From contig CAWFKH010000003.1 of assembly GCA_963816355.1 (NCBI GenBank), positions 192,001-256,000 on the forward strand: a stretch of DNA of 64,000 bases, in the 5' to 3' direction. This document shows, in pieces, positions 20,985 through 36,637 of this stretch (position 1 is its first letter; every line of letters starts with the position of its first letter). The notes below the pieces were generated by a model, which ran no database searches, was not told the DNA's origin, and was given only the letters and a program-made list of their open reading frames with translations. The DNA is from an uncultured Gemmatimonadales bacterium (GTDB lineage: Bacteria; Gemmatimonadota; Gemmatimonadetes; Longimicrobiales; RSA9). Made by a program: the position numbers and the translations under genes.

Positions 20985-23790
20985 TCAGCTCGCGGCTTTG
21001 CGGCGCGCGTCGCGGCGGTCGCGGCCCGCGATCGGCGCGAGCGCCTCGTGCACGATGCGCTGCTGCTGGCGCTCGTGGGCGTTCGCGTACCCCTCCGCGG
21101 GGGAGGCCCGCTCGGGGCGTCCGATGTAGACGGGATCGTGCGCGTCCGCGAGGCGGAGCAGGCGGCGCAGGCGGGGCTCCACGAAGCGCCACGCGCCCAT
21201 GTTGGCGGGCTCTTCCTGCGCCCACGCGACGCTCTCGATGCGCGGGAACGCCTCGATCGCGGCGGTGATCGCCGCGTCCGGGAACGGATAGAGCTGCTCG
21301 ACGCGAACGATCGCGACGTGCGACGCCGCCTCGCGCTCCTCGGCGCCGGAGAGGTCGTAGTAGAGTTTGCCGGAGCAGAGGACGACGCGGCGCACCTCGT
21401 CGGCGCGCGCGGCGGCGTCGTCGTCCGGAATGACGAAGCGGAAGCCGCCGCCGGAGAGCTCGCCGAGGCTCGAGACGGCGCGCGGGTGGCGGAGCAGGCT
21501 CTTCGGTGTGGCGACGACGAGCGGGCGCCGCTCCTCGAGCTTCGCTTGCCGGCGCAGCAGATGGAAGTACTGGGCCGGCGTGGTGACGTCGGCGACGCGC
21601 AGGTTGTCCTCGGCGCAGAGCTGGAGGAAGCGCTCGATGCGGGCGCTGGAGTGCTCCGGCCCCTGTCCCTCGTAGCCGTGCGGCAGCAGGAGCACGAGAC
21701 GGGACTCCTGCCCCCACTTGGCGCGGCCGGCGGAGATGAACTGGTCGAGCACGATCTGCGCGCCGTTGACGAAGTCGCCGAACTGCGCTTCCCAGAGCAC
21801 GAGCGCGTGCGGCGCGGCGGTCGAGTAGCCGTATTCGAAGCCGAGGCAGGCGAGCTCGGAGAGCGGGCTGTTGAGCACCTCGAGCGGCGCCCGCCGCTGC
21901 GGCACGCCGAGCAGCGGGATGTAGGCGGTGTCGGCGGCGTCGTGGAGCACGATGTGCCGTTGCGAGAAGGTGCCGCGTTCGGTGTCCTGTCCGGTGAGCC
22001 GGATCGGTACGCCCTCCTGCAGCAGCGAGCCGAAGGCGAGCGACTCCGCGTGTGCCCAGTCCACGCCGCCGCCCGACGCGAGGACCCTGGCGCGGCGCTC
22101 CAGCTGCCGCTCCAGCTTCGGGTTGGGGTGGAAGCGCTCGGGCCACGCGTGCAGCGCGCCGTCGATCTCGTGCAGCCGCTGTTGCGCGACCTCGGTCTCC
22201 GTGGCGAGCGGCGGTTCGAGCGTCTCCGGCTCCGGGCGCAGCTCCGGCTGCGGCCGCTCCTGCGCGCGCACCTCCTCCTGCGCGGTGAGGAGGCGCTGGT
22301 AGGTGGCGTCCCAGATGCCGTCGGCGTCGCCCTCTCCGATCACGCCCTCCGCCTGCAGCCGCCGCGCCCACTGCTGGCGCACGGTCGGGTGCGAGCGCAC
22401 CCGCTCGTACATGCCCGGCTGCGTGTAGGCGGGCTCGTCCGCCTCGTTGTGGCCGAAGCGGCGGTAGCCGACGAGGTCGATGACGACGTCGCCGTGGAAG
22501 CGGGCGCGGTAGGCCATGCGCGAGGCGCGTCACCGCGAGGCACGCCTCGGGGTCGTCGGCGTTGACGTGGAAGATCGGGATGTCGAACCCCTTCGCCACG
22601 TCGCTCGAGTAGTCGGTGGAGCGGCCCTGCGTCGGCAGCGTCGTGAAGCCGATCTGGTTGTTCGCGATGACGTGCAGCGTGCCGCCCGTGCTGTAGCCAT
22701 CCAGCTTCGCGAGGTTGAGCGTCTCTGCGACCACGCCCTGCCCCGCGAACGCGGCGTCGCCGTGGATCAGGATCGGCATCACGGCGTCGTGGTCGCGCGT
22801 GATCTCCGGTGCGGTGCGGTCGGACTGCTTCGCGCGCGTGATCCCTTCCGCCACCGGGTCGACCGCCTCGAGGTGGCTCGGATTGGGCGCGAGCAGGACG
22901 TCGACCGAGCCGCCGGACGCGGTCGCGTACGCGCCTTCCGCGCCCAGATGGTACTTCACGTCGCCGGTCGTGCCGTGGCCGCCGTGCATCCCTTCGAACT
23001 CGGCGACAATGGCGCGGTAGGGCCGCCCGAGCACGTGGACGATGACGTTGAGCCGGCCGCGGTGCGCCATGCCGAGCACGACCTCGCGCGCGCCGGCGGC
23101 GGCCGCCCGCTCGATCGACAGGTCGAGCATCGGCACCAGCATGTCGGTCCCCTCGATGGAGAACCGTTTCGCTCCCAGGTACGCGCGATGGATGAACTGC
23201 TCGAACGCCTCGACTTCCGTCAGCCGCTCCAGCAGACGGCGCCGCGCCGCCGCTTCCAGCGGGTGCAGCAGCGCGCCGGACTCGATCTGCTCCCGCAGCC
23301 ACTCCTGCCGCTCCGGATCCTGCAGGTGCTCGTACTCGAAGCCAATGGGGCCCGTGTAGGTCGCGCGCAGCCATTCGAGCACGTCGTGCACGAGCATCGC
23401 CGCGCGGCCATCGCGCAGGTCCGCTTCCGCAAGGCCGTGGAAGAGCGGGTCGAGCGTGGGATGCCCGCGCGGCTCGCCGCCCAGCGGATCCAGGTGCGCG
23501 GCGAAGTGGCCGTTGAGGCGGTACGCCTCGACGAGTTCCGCCGCGGCCCTCGTGGCGCGAAGCTCCGCCGGGTCGGCGCCCGGGCCCGCCGGTCCGCTCG
23601 CCGATGCCGGCCCGCCGGCCGACGCCGCCCGCGCAACCTCGGGCGCCGCGACGAGACCCAGCTCCTCCGGCGTCTTCGCGAAGGTGCGGCGCCACGCCTC
23701 GTCCACCGAATACGGGTCGCGCAGCCACCGCTCGTAGAGCTGCTGCGCGTAGCCTGCGTTGTAGCCTGCGAACCGATCTCCGATTCTCAC
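20985..23790 (-). CDS. sucA: 2-oxoglutarate dehydrogenase E1, with a single-base frameshift near 22518
   Basis: GAKRFSIEG, GMAHRGRLN, GDVKYHLG, NPSHLE, HGDAAFAGQG, GYRRFGHNEADEP, LWEAQFGDF, PHGYEGQGPEHSSAR, found across two frames. Confidence 0.93.
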
Positions 23791-23926
23791 GTCCCCTCTT
23801 CCCCGAAGCGGTGCCCCGTGCGACGAATGCGTACCCGCGCGCGCGCGACGCGGTCCCGCCGCGCCGCCCGCCGACGCGGGGGAGAAGGTAGAGGGGGGCG
23901 ACCCCGCTCGCCAGCGCGTTTCCCTT

Positions 23927-23955
23927 CCAACGTTGCCGCCCCCGCCGCTATCTAA
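23927..23955 (+). promoter_or_regulatory. Putative ECF-type autoregulatory promoter
   Basis: CCAAC-N17-TATCTAA ending just before ATG 23960; same layout recurs at 44975. Confidence 0.5.
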
Positions 23956-23959
23956 GAGC

Positions 23960-24544
23960 ATGTCGGACAAGCGTGGCGGAAGAGGAGCGAGGACGATCGC
24001 GAGAGCAACGCCGGCGGCGCCGGACGCGGCGCGGGACGAAGACGAGGTGACGCGCGCCGCGGCCGGTGACACGGCCGCCTTCGAGCGCCTCTACCGTCAG
24101 CATGTCGGGCGCATCCACGCACTCGTGCGGCGGATGCTCGGCGGCGACGACGCGTGCGAAGACGTCACGCAGGACGTGTTCATCCGCGTCTGGGAGAAGC
24201 TGCACACGTTCCGCGGCGACGCGGAGTTCCACACCTGGCTCCACCGCCTGGCGGTCAACGTGACGCTCTCCCACCGCGGCCGCGCCGCGCGGCGCCGCGC
24301 CCGCTTCCCGATCGGCGACCCGCCGCCCGGTACCGCCACGCGGCCGGTCCGGCCGGACCTGAAGATGGACTTCGAGCGCGCCCTCGAGCGGCTGCCGGAC
24401 GGCGCCCGCGAGGTCCTCGTGCTCCACGATATGGAGGGCTACAAGCACCACGAAATCGCCGCACTCCTCGGAGTCGCGGAAGGCACGTCGAAATCACAGT
24501 TGCACCGCGCGCGCATGGAAATGCGCCGCCATCTGGAGGCATAG
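23960..24544 (+). CDS. ECF RNA polymerase sigma factor
   Basis: AFERLY, EDVTQDVFIRVW, FHTWLHRLAVN, EIAALLGVAEGTSKSQLHRAR. Confidence 0.93.
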   Translation: MSDKRGGRGARTIARATPAAPDAARDEDEVTRAAAGDTAAFERLYRQHVGRIHALVRRMLGGDDACEDVTQDVFIRVWEKLHTFRGDAEFHTWLHRLAVNVTLSHRGRAARRRARFPIGDPPPGTATRPVRPDLKMDFERALERLPDGAREVLVLHDMEGYKHHEIAALLGVAEGTSKSQLHRARMEMRRHLEA

Positions 24545-24549
24545 ACCAC

Positions 24550-25264
24550 ATGGACGAGCACTGGACGGACCGGCTTTCCGAGTACATCGACGGTGACCTC
24601 GACCCGCGCGAGCGCGCGGCCGCCGACGCGCACATCGGCGGCTGCACCGCGTGCGCCGCGCTCGCCGCCGAGCTGCGCGCCGTCCGCGACCGCGTCCGGC
24701 TCGCTCCGGACGCCGCGCCCGAGCCCCGCGTGTGGGCCGGCGTCGCCGCCGCGATCGCCGCCGCGCCGCGCACGCCCACGCCGCGCCACGCCGCGCCGGC
24801 GCTCTTCTGGCGCCGCCGCCTGCTCCTCTCCGTCCCGCAGCTCGCCGCCGCCGCGGTGGTCCTCGTCGTCGCCTCCGCCGGCGCCGTCGCGCTGCGCCTC
24901 GGCGCCCGCCCCGTTGCGCCCGCCGCCGTGCCGGCCGCGCGCGCCGCGCGCACCGCGCGCACCGCCGCCGCCGCGACGCCCCTCACGCTGACCGCGGCGG
25001 AGGCGCGCGGCGGCGTGGAGCTGGAGCGTGCCGCGAGCGAGCTGGAAGCGGCGCTGCACGCAGCGGCGTGACCAGCTCGACCCCGCCACCGTGCAGGCGG
25101 TCGAGCGCAACGTCGGCGTGATCGACGCCGCCGTCATGGAGATCCGCCGCGCGCTCGCCGCCGACCCCGCCAGCCCGTACCTGAACCGCGCGCTGACCGA
25201 CGCGCTGCAGCGCAAGCTCGACGTGCTGCGCGTCGCGACGCGCGCCGCCGGCGCTTCGACCTGA
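24550..25264 (+). CDS. zf-HC2 (ZAS) transmembrane anti-sigma factor, frameshift near 25061
   Basis: LSEYIDGDL...HIGGCTAC (HxxxCxxC), one TM; C-terminus LDPATVQAVERNVGVIDAAV...ALAADPASPYL is in the shifted frame. Confidence 0.85.
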
Positions 25265-25295
25265 TCGACTCGAACGCGATCGCGAGGATCGTACG

Positions 25296-26138
25296 ATGAA
25301 TTCGCTGCTTCCATTCCTGCTCGCCGCCGTGGCGGCGGCGCCGCCGCAGGACACGACCGTCGCCGTGTCGCGCGGGACGCGCCTGAGCATCGCCGCGCAC
25401 GAGTCCGGCGTCCGCATCGACAGCTGGGACCGCTCCGCCGTCCGCGTCGTCGCCGAGGGCCGCGGCGCGGCGGCCGTTCGCATCCGGCGCGCCGGCTCCG
25501 AGCTGCGCGTCGAGGGGCGGCGCTCCGGCGAGGGCGAGGCGATCGACTTCCGCATCACCGTGCCTGCCTGGATGGACGCGCGCGTGGAGGCGGAGGATGC
25601 CCCCGTCTCGGTGCGTAGCGGCAGCGGCGAGATCTTCGTCCGGAACACGAGCGGCGATGTCGCCGTGCAGGGCGGCGGCGCCGTGCAGGTGACCAGCGTC
25701 AGCGGCTCCGTCACCGTCGAGGGCGCGCATGGCCGCGTCGACGTCCAGACGGTGGGACAGGGGATCCGCCTCGCCGCCATCCACGGCGACGTCCAGGCGA
25801 GCACCGTCAACGGCTCGATCGTGCTCGAGGGCATCGAGAGCGCCTCCGTCGAGGCGGAGACCGTTAATGGCTCCGTCACCTTCGACGGCCCGATCCAGCC
25901 GTCCGGCTACTACCGGCTCGCGTCCCACAACGGCCCCGTGACCCTGCGCCTGTCGCGCCCGCCGAACGCGCGCATCTCCGTCTCCACCTACAACGGCCAC
26001 TTCGATTCCGACTTCCCGCTCCAGCTCACGTCCTCCGACGGGCACGAGCTGAGCCTCCTCGCCGGCTCGGGAGCGGCGCGCATCGAGCTCTCTTCCTTCA
26101 ACGGCACTATCGCCCTGCGACGCGCCGGCGCCCGCTGA
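25296..26138 (+). CDS. Exported DUF4097 beta-strand-repeat protein
   Basis: Signal peptide; repeated T-V/S-N/S-G-x-V/I motifs. Confidence 0.85.
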   Translation: MNSLLPFLLAAVAAAPPQDTTVAVSRGTRLSIAAHESGVRIDSWDRSAVRVVAEGRGAAAVRIRRAGSELRVEGRRSGEGEAIDFRITVPAWMDARVEAEDAPVSVRSGSGEIFVRNTSGDVAVQGGGAVQVTSVSGSVTVEGAHGRVDVQTVGQGIRLAAIHGDVQASTVNGSIVLEGIESASVEAETVNGSVTFDGPIQPSGYYRLASHNGPVTLRLSRPPNARISVSTYNGHFDSDFPLQLTSSDGHELSLLAGSGAARIELSSFNGTIALRRAGAR

Positions 26139-26167
26139 CCACGTCCCTTCTTTCCTGGAGCGATCCC

Positions 26168-26974
26168 ATGATCCGACGCCTCGCGCATCCGTCCCTCGCG
26201 GCCCTCGCGCTGTCGACCGCGGCCGCGCTCGCGCTGCCCGCCCTCGCCGCCGCCCAGCAGGGCGAGCCCTTCCACTGGAACGGCTCGCTCGCCTCCGGCC
26301 AGACGCTCGAGATCCGCGGCGTCAACGGCGACGTCCGCCTGCGGCCGACCACCGGCGAGGCCCGCGTCGACGCCGCCAAGCACGCCCGCCGCGACGACCC
26401 CGCCTCCGTCCACGTCGAGGTCGTCCACGACGGCGACGCCGTCGTCATCTGCGCCGTCTATCCCACGCCCCGCGACGCCGAGCGCGAGAACCGCTGCGCC
26501 GCCGGCGACGATTACCACATGAGCAACAAGACCGACGTCGTCGTCGACTTCGACGTCGCCGTCCCCGCCGGCGTCCACGTCGTCGCCCGCACCGTGAACG
26601 GCGACGTGCGCGGCGACACGCTGCGGGGCGACGTCGTCGCTCGCACCGTCAACGGCGAGATCCGCGTCTCCACCACCGGCCGCGCCCTCGCGAGCACCGT
26701 CAACGGCGCCATCTTCGCCCGCTTCGGCAACGCCGACTTCGGCTCCGACGCCGCCTTCACCACCGTCAACGGTTCCATCACGCTGGAGGCGCCCGCGTCG
26801 CTCGCCGCGGATCTCGACTTCGCCACCGTGAACGGCAGCATCGAGTCCGAATTCCCGCTGCAGGTGAGCGGCCGCATCCGGCCGAACCAGTTGCACGGCT
26901 CGGTCGGCGGCGGCGGGCCCCGCCTGCGGCTGCACACGGTCAATGGCTCGATCCACCTGAACAAGGCGGGCTAG
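26168..26974 (+). CDS. Exported DUF4097 beta-strand-repeat protein
   Basis: Signal peptide; many TVNG repeats; C-terminal GGGGPRLRLHTVNGSI. Confidence 0.88.
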   Translation: MIRRLAHPSLAALALSTAAALALPALAAAQQGEPFHWNGSLASGQTLEIRGVNGDVRLRPTTGEARVDAAKHARRDDPASVHVEVVHDGDAVVICAVYPTPRDAERENRCAAGDDYHMSNKTDVVVDFDVAVPAGVHVVARTVNGDVRGDTLRGDVVARTVNGEIRVSTTGRALASTVNGAIFARFGNADFGSDAAFTTVNGSITLEAPASLAADLDFATVNGSIESEFPLQVSGRIRPNQLHGSVGGGGPRLRLHTVNGSIHLNKAG

Positions 26975-27044
26975 AGCGGGGTCGGCGGCCGACCGGATTC
27001 GACGCTCGCGGCGCCGATCGGGACGTTTCCCGGCGCCGGCGCAC

Positions 27045-27073
27045 TGGACACGGCCGTCGCGCGGCGCTAAATT
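27045..27073 (+). promoter_or_regulatory. Putative sigma70 promoter of the DEAD-box helicase
   Basis: TGGACA-N17-TAAATT, about 170 nt upstream of the GTG. Confidence 0.45.
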
Positions 27074-27242
27074 TACGCGCTGCAACAGAATCGGCCGGGC
27101 AGCCTCACGGGCCCGCCGGGCGCACCTCGCGCCCGACCGGCTCCGGCTCCCCGGCCGATCTCGTTGCGGCGAACGACGCGGCTGTGTTCGGGCGGAGAGA
27201 AACCCCGAACACAACGGGGTACATCTCTGCAAGGACGAAGAC

Positions 27243-28479
27243 GTGCGATTCGAGGACCTCATCGAGGCTCCGGCGCTCCTGCGCGCCATAGCGGAGCTGG
27301 GCTGGAAGGAACCGACGCCGATCCAGGCGAAGGCGATCCCCTCTCTCAAAGCAAGGCAAGGACCTGGTCGGCGTGGCGCAGACCGGGACCGGCAAGACCG
27401 GCGCGTTCCTGCTGCCCTCGCTGGAGCGGCAGATGGACCGGGACGGCCTGTGCACGCTCGTGCTGTGTCCGACGCGTGAGCTGGCGCAGCAGGTGGTCGA
27501 GGACGCGCGGGCGCTGTCGAAGCACACGGGGCTGTTCGTGGGCGCCGTCTACGGCGGCGTGCCGATCGGGCCGCAGATCCGGGATCTGCGCGCGGGTTTC
27601 GACCTGCTGGTCGCGACGCCCGGCCGTCTGATCGACCACCTCGAGCGCGGCACGGCGGATCTGTCGGAGGTCGAGGTGCTCGTGCTGGACGAGGCGGACC
27701 GCATGCTCGACATGGGCTTCCGGCCGCAGATCGAGCGGGTGATGGCGGCGTTGCCGCGCGAACGCCAGACGCTGCTCTTCTCGGCGACGATGCCGAACGG
27801 CGTGCACGCGCTCGCGCTCCGCATCCTGCGCGAGCCGGAGTGGGTCTCGGCGACGCCGGAGACGACGGCCGCCGAGACGGTCGGACAGGTCGTCTACTCC
27901 GTGCGGCCGGACCGCAAGCCGGACCTGCTGCTGCACCTGCTGGAGAACCCGGCGATGGACCAGGTCCTCGTCTTCACGCGCACCAAGGCGGGCGCGGACC
28001 TGCTCTACTATCGGCTGAAGGCGGCCGGCGTGGGCGTGACGGTCACCCACGGCGACCGCAACATGAAGCAGCGCACCGGCGCGCTCGAGGCGTTCGCCGA
28101 CGGACAGGAGCGCGTCCTCGTCGCCACGGACGTCGCGCAGCGCGGCCTCGACATCGAAGGGATCAGCCACGTCGTCAACTACGACGTGCCGCGCGATCCG
28201 GAGGACTACGTGCACCGCATCGGGCGCACGGGGCGGGCGGGCGCGAGCGGCGACGCGGTCACTTTCATGACCGCGCCCGAGTTCGCCCAGGTGCGCTCGA
28301 TCGAGCGCACCGTCGGCTACGAGATCGAGAGGATCTCGCTCCCGGAGTTCGACTACGGCGGCGGCACGTCCACGCCCGCACCGGCGCCGAAGCGCGGCCG
28401 CACGGGGCGCGGCCTCGGTACGCGCCGCGCCGAGGATCTCACGCCGGAACAGCTCGAGGAGCTGCTCAAGGTCGGCTGA
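27243..28479 (+). CDS. DEAD-box RNA helicase (RhlE-like), frameshift near 27353
   Basis: Q-motif PTPIQ in the first frame; AQTGTGKT, PTREL, TPGRL, DEAD, SAT, HRIGRTGRAG in the second. Confidence 0.93.
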
Positions 28480-28920
28480 GCGGCCGGCGCACGGCGGGGT
28501 CGAGGTCGGGCGAAGGGGAGGAAAGGAGGGCGGCCGGGTCGCTGGTGGAGAACGCGGCCGCGGCCACCCGCGAGCGCGACGGGTTTTGGTGTCGGGTTAG
28601 GGGACCCGTTTGGAGGGAGCCCGCCGACGCTCGCCGCAGCAGCAATGCACGTCGCGGGCCACGGCGGGCGCACGAGCTCCGTCACCGGCCACCGTCGCCG
28701 GCAGGGCCAACCTCAGCAGCCTCCAGCGCATCCTCAGCAGCCCCCCACGCATCCACCACCTCCGTCTCTCGCCGGATCGCCGGATCGCCGGCCGCGACGG
28801 ATCAGGGACGCGGCAGGGAGTCCGACAGAGTGGAGTCGCGGCCGGACACGACGGCGGGACGCGCGGACCTCGCGATGCGGCCGGATGCGCGCGCTCGGGA
28901 CGCCGCCTGCGACGCCGCGG

Positions 28921-29280
28921 TCACCGCCTGCGACGCTGCGGTGCCGCCGTCGTGGCCGGCTGCGTCGCCGCGGCCCGCCCCTGCGCCCTCGCCGCTTCGC
29001 GCTCCATCTCCACGCGGCCCTCTCGCAGAGTGGTGAAATAGAGCACGATCGTCAGACAGACGACGCCCAGCAGGATCGCAATGTAGCCGAAGCCGGCGTG
29101 GCTCCCCCAGAACAGCGCCTCGACCGAGGCGCCGATGACGAACCCGGCCGCCGCGCCGAAGCGGACCACCGACGGCTCCGCCTTCAGCCCGACGAGGACG
29201 AAGCCGGCGACCAGCGCCAGCGCCGCGCCTCCCGCGAGCGCCACCCACAACCGTTCGCTTTTCCACCAACCATCCGCCAT
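28921..29280 (-). CDS. Small three-TM membrane protein
   Basis: GAGG RBS; three hydrophobic segments. Confidence 0.65.
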   Translation of the reverse strand: MADGWWKSERLWVALAGGAALALVAGFVLVGLKAEPSVVRFGAAAGFVIGASVEALFWGSHAGFGYIAILLGVVCLTIVLYFTTLREGRVEMEREAARAQGRAAATQPATTAAPQRRRR

Positions 29281-29597
29281 GAATGGTTCCTCTCGCCTGG
29301 GCACCGACGCGGGCCGTGGAGGGCCGACGGTCGAACGAGATCCCCATCGGTTCGGGGAAGAACGCGCGCGTATGGGGCGATCTCCGTGCCACGCCGCGCG
29401 GGCGCGGCGGGAATTTCCGTAACGCTCTGGCTATCAATCGCTTACGACGCCCATTCCAGTCGCCTCCCGGGCGCGCGCGTAACGATTCGATGCGCGCGCG
29501 CCGGACGGAACGGGACAGTCGGCGGTTGCCGGCCCGGGCGCGCGCCGGCTATCCTTCGCCCGATCCACGGACCGAGTCGAACCCGCCGCCAAGCCTC

Positions 29598-32243
<2,646 letters not shown>

Positions 32244-32302
32244 CTCCGCCCCGCTGCCGCGGGTTACCTTCCCCCGAGATGACGCGAGTGCGACGAACCG
32301 GA

Positions 32303-32676
32303 ATGAGACTTCTGACGCTGTGCGCCATCCTGCTCGCCGCGTGCGGCGGCGACGACGCCGCGGTGCGCGAGCCGGTGCCGCTGGCGGAGCCGTCGCAGGT
32401 GATCCGCTATCCGATCGCCGCGTGGGACGCGCGCAGGGAAGGGGACACCGTCCTCATGGTGCACGTCACGGAAGGAGGCGACGTGGACAGCAGCTACGTC
32501 GCGGTGCCGAGCGGTCAGCCAGACCTCGATTCGGCGGCCAGCGCGGGGGTGCGCCGCCTGCGCTTCGCGCCCGCGCAACGCGGCCGAGCGCCGATCGCGC
32601 GCTGGGTGCGCCTGCCGATCCGGTTCCACCGCGGCGGCGGCGGGGACGCCGCTCCTCCGGCGGGGACGAGCCCCTC

Positions 32677-32680
<4 letters not shown>
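32303..32680 (+). CDS. TonB C-terminal-domain lipoprotein
   Basis: Lipobox LAAC; RYP...EGDTVLMVHV...G.V...SG...LDSAA...RFAPA...LPIRF. Confidence 0.75.
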
Positions 32681-35173
<2,493 letters not shown>

Positions 35174-35182
35174 ATAGCCGAC

Positions 35183-36019
35183 ATGTATCTCCCGTTCGGC
35201 TTCTCGCTCACCCCCTGGGTCAAGCGGCTCATCGTCCTCAACGGGGCGGTGTTCCTGCTGACGTCGCTCGTCCCCGCGCTCGTGCCCTACCTGGCGTTCG
35301 TGCCGGCGGCGACGCTACGGCAGCCGTGGACCCTCGTGACGTACATGTTCGTCCACGGCGGCTTCTGGCACATCTTCTTCAACATGATCGGCCTCTTCTT
35401 CTTCGGGCCGCCGCTCGAGTCGCGCTGGGGGTCGAACGAGTTCCTGAAGTACTACACGATCTGCGGCCTCGGCGGCGCCGCCTTCTCCTTCGTCTTCGCG
35501 CCGCACGCGGCGGTGATCGGCGCTTCCGCGGCGATCTTCGGCGTCATGCTCGCCTTCGCCATGAACTGGCCGGACGCGCCGATCTACATCTGGGGCATCC
35601 TCCCGATCAAGGCGAAGTGGCTGGTCGCGATCCTCGTCGGCATGCAGTTCTTCAGCGTGATCAGCGGACAGGGCGGGGGGATCGCCTATTTCGCGCACCT
35701 CGGCGGCTTCGTCGTCGGCTTCCTCTACCTGAAGTGGGACCCGGCGCGGCACGGCGCATCGCTGGGATCCGGGTCGGGCGGCCGGGCGTGGCTGGAGAAG
35801 CTGCGTCAGAGCGGCGGCGCTTCGCGTCGTTTGACGCTACACCGCCGTGATGCGCCGGGCGCGCCCGCCGCGCAGGCGCCCCGGCGTCGTGCCGAGGACC
35901 ACGTGCTCGACGACCTCGACCGCGTCCTCGACAAGATCAGCGAGGAAGGGATGGCCAGCCTGTCGCCGGAGGAGCGCAGGCTGCTCGACGAGGTGAGCCG
36001 GCGCTACCGGCAGAACTGA
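35183..36019 (+). CDS. Rhomboid intramembrane serine protease with C-terminal helical domain
   Basis: HIFFNM, GASA (catalytic Ser), AHLGG (catalytic His); tail LDRVLDKISEEGMASLS. Confidence 0.93.
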   Translation: MYLPFGFSLTPWVKRLIVLNGAVFLLTSLVPALVPYLAFVPAATLRQPWTLVTYMFVHGGFWHIFFNMIGLFFFGPPLESRWGSNEFLKYYTICGLGGAAFSFVFAPHAAVIGASAAIFGVMLAFAMNWPDAPIYIWGILPIKAKWLVAILVGMQFFSVISGQGGGIAYFAHLGGFVVGFLYLKWDPARHGASLGSGSGGRAWLEKLRQSGGASRRLTLHRRDAPGAPAAQAPRRRAEDHVLDDLDRVLDKISEEGMASLSPEERRLLDEVSRRYRQN

Positions 36020-36090
36020 TCCGCGAAGCCGCGCCGCGCGGGAGGCTCGCCGGCGCGGCGGATGTTCCACACACACAACCAGGAGTCGCC

Positions 36091-36495
36091 ATGCGCGCAC
36101 ATCGTCTCGCTCCGCTCCTCGTCGCGTTCGCCGTCGGGGCGTGCGCCAGCGCCGGGGCGTCGGGCACTCGCACCCACGGGAACCGCAACCTCATCACGCA
36201 CGAGGAGATCGCGGCGGCGCACCTCTCTTCGGCGCAGGACCTGGTCGAGCACCTGCGCCCGAGCTGGATGCGGAGCCGCAACGAGATCTCCACCATGGGC
36301 GACGGCTCGGCCGACCCGGTCGCGATCCGTCCGGCCGTCTTTCTCGACGGCCAGCACTTCGGCGAGTTCGAGGCGCTGAGGCGCGTCGACGCGGCGACCG
36401 TCGAGGAGATCCATTACCTGAGCGGCGCCGAGGCCACGATGCGCTACGGCGCCGGCTACCCGGCGGGCGTGATCGAAGTCGTGACCGTCCACTGA
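36091..36495 (+). CDS. Stand-alone TonB-receptor plug-like lipoprotein
   Basis: Lipobox VGAC; NLITHEEI...DLVEHLRP...VFLDG...EEIHYL...ATMRYG...GVIEVVT; no beta-barrel. Confidence 0.7.
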   Translation: MRAHRLAPLLVAFAVGACASAGASGTRTHGNRNLITHEEIAAAHLSSAQDLVEHLRPSWMRSRNEISTMGDGSADPVAIRPAVFLDGQHFGEFEALRRVDAATVEEIHYLSGAEATMRYGAGYPAGVIEVVTVH

Positions 36496-36559
36496 CGCGG
36501 CTGCGGCGGTCGGCCCGCGCAAGGCCGGCACCAGGCCACGCCGGCCGCCGCTCCGCTGC

Positions 36560-36589
36560 TTGACATCGTCGAATCCGCTTCCGTACGTT
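36560..36589 (+). promoter_or_regulatory. Putative sigma70 promoter of the EF-G paralog
   Basis: TTGACA-N18-TACGTT; AAGGAGGGAGG RBS downstream. Confidence 0.55.
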
Positions 36590-36637
36590 GCCGGTCCTGC
36601 AATACCCCCCTTTCCCACCTCCATAAGGAGGGAGGCA

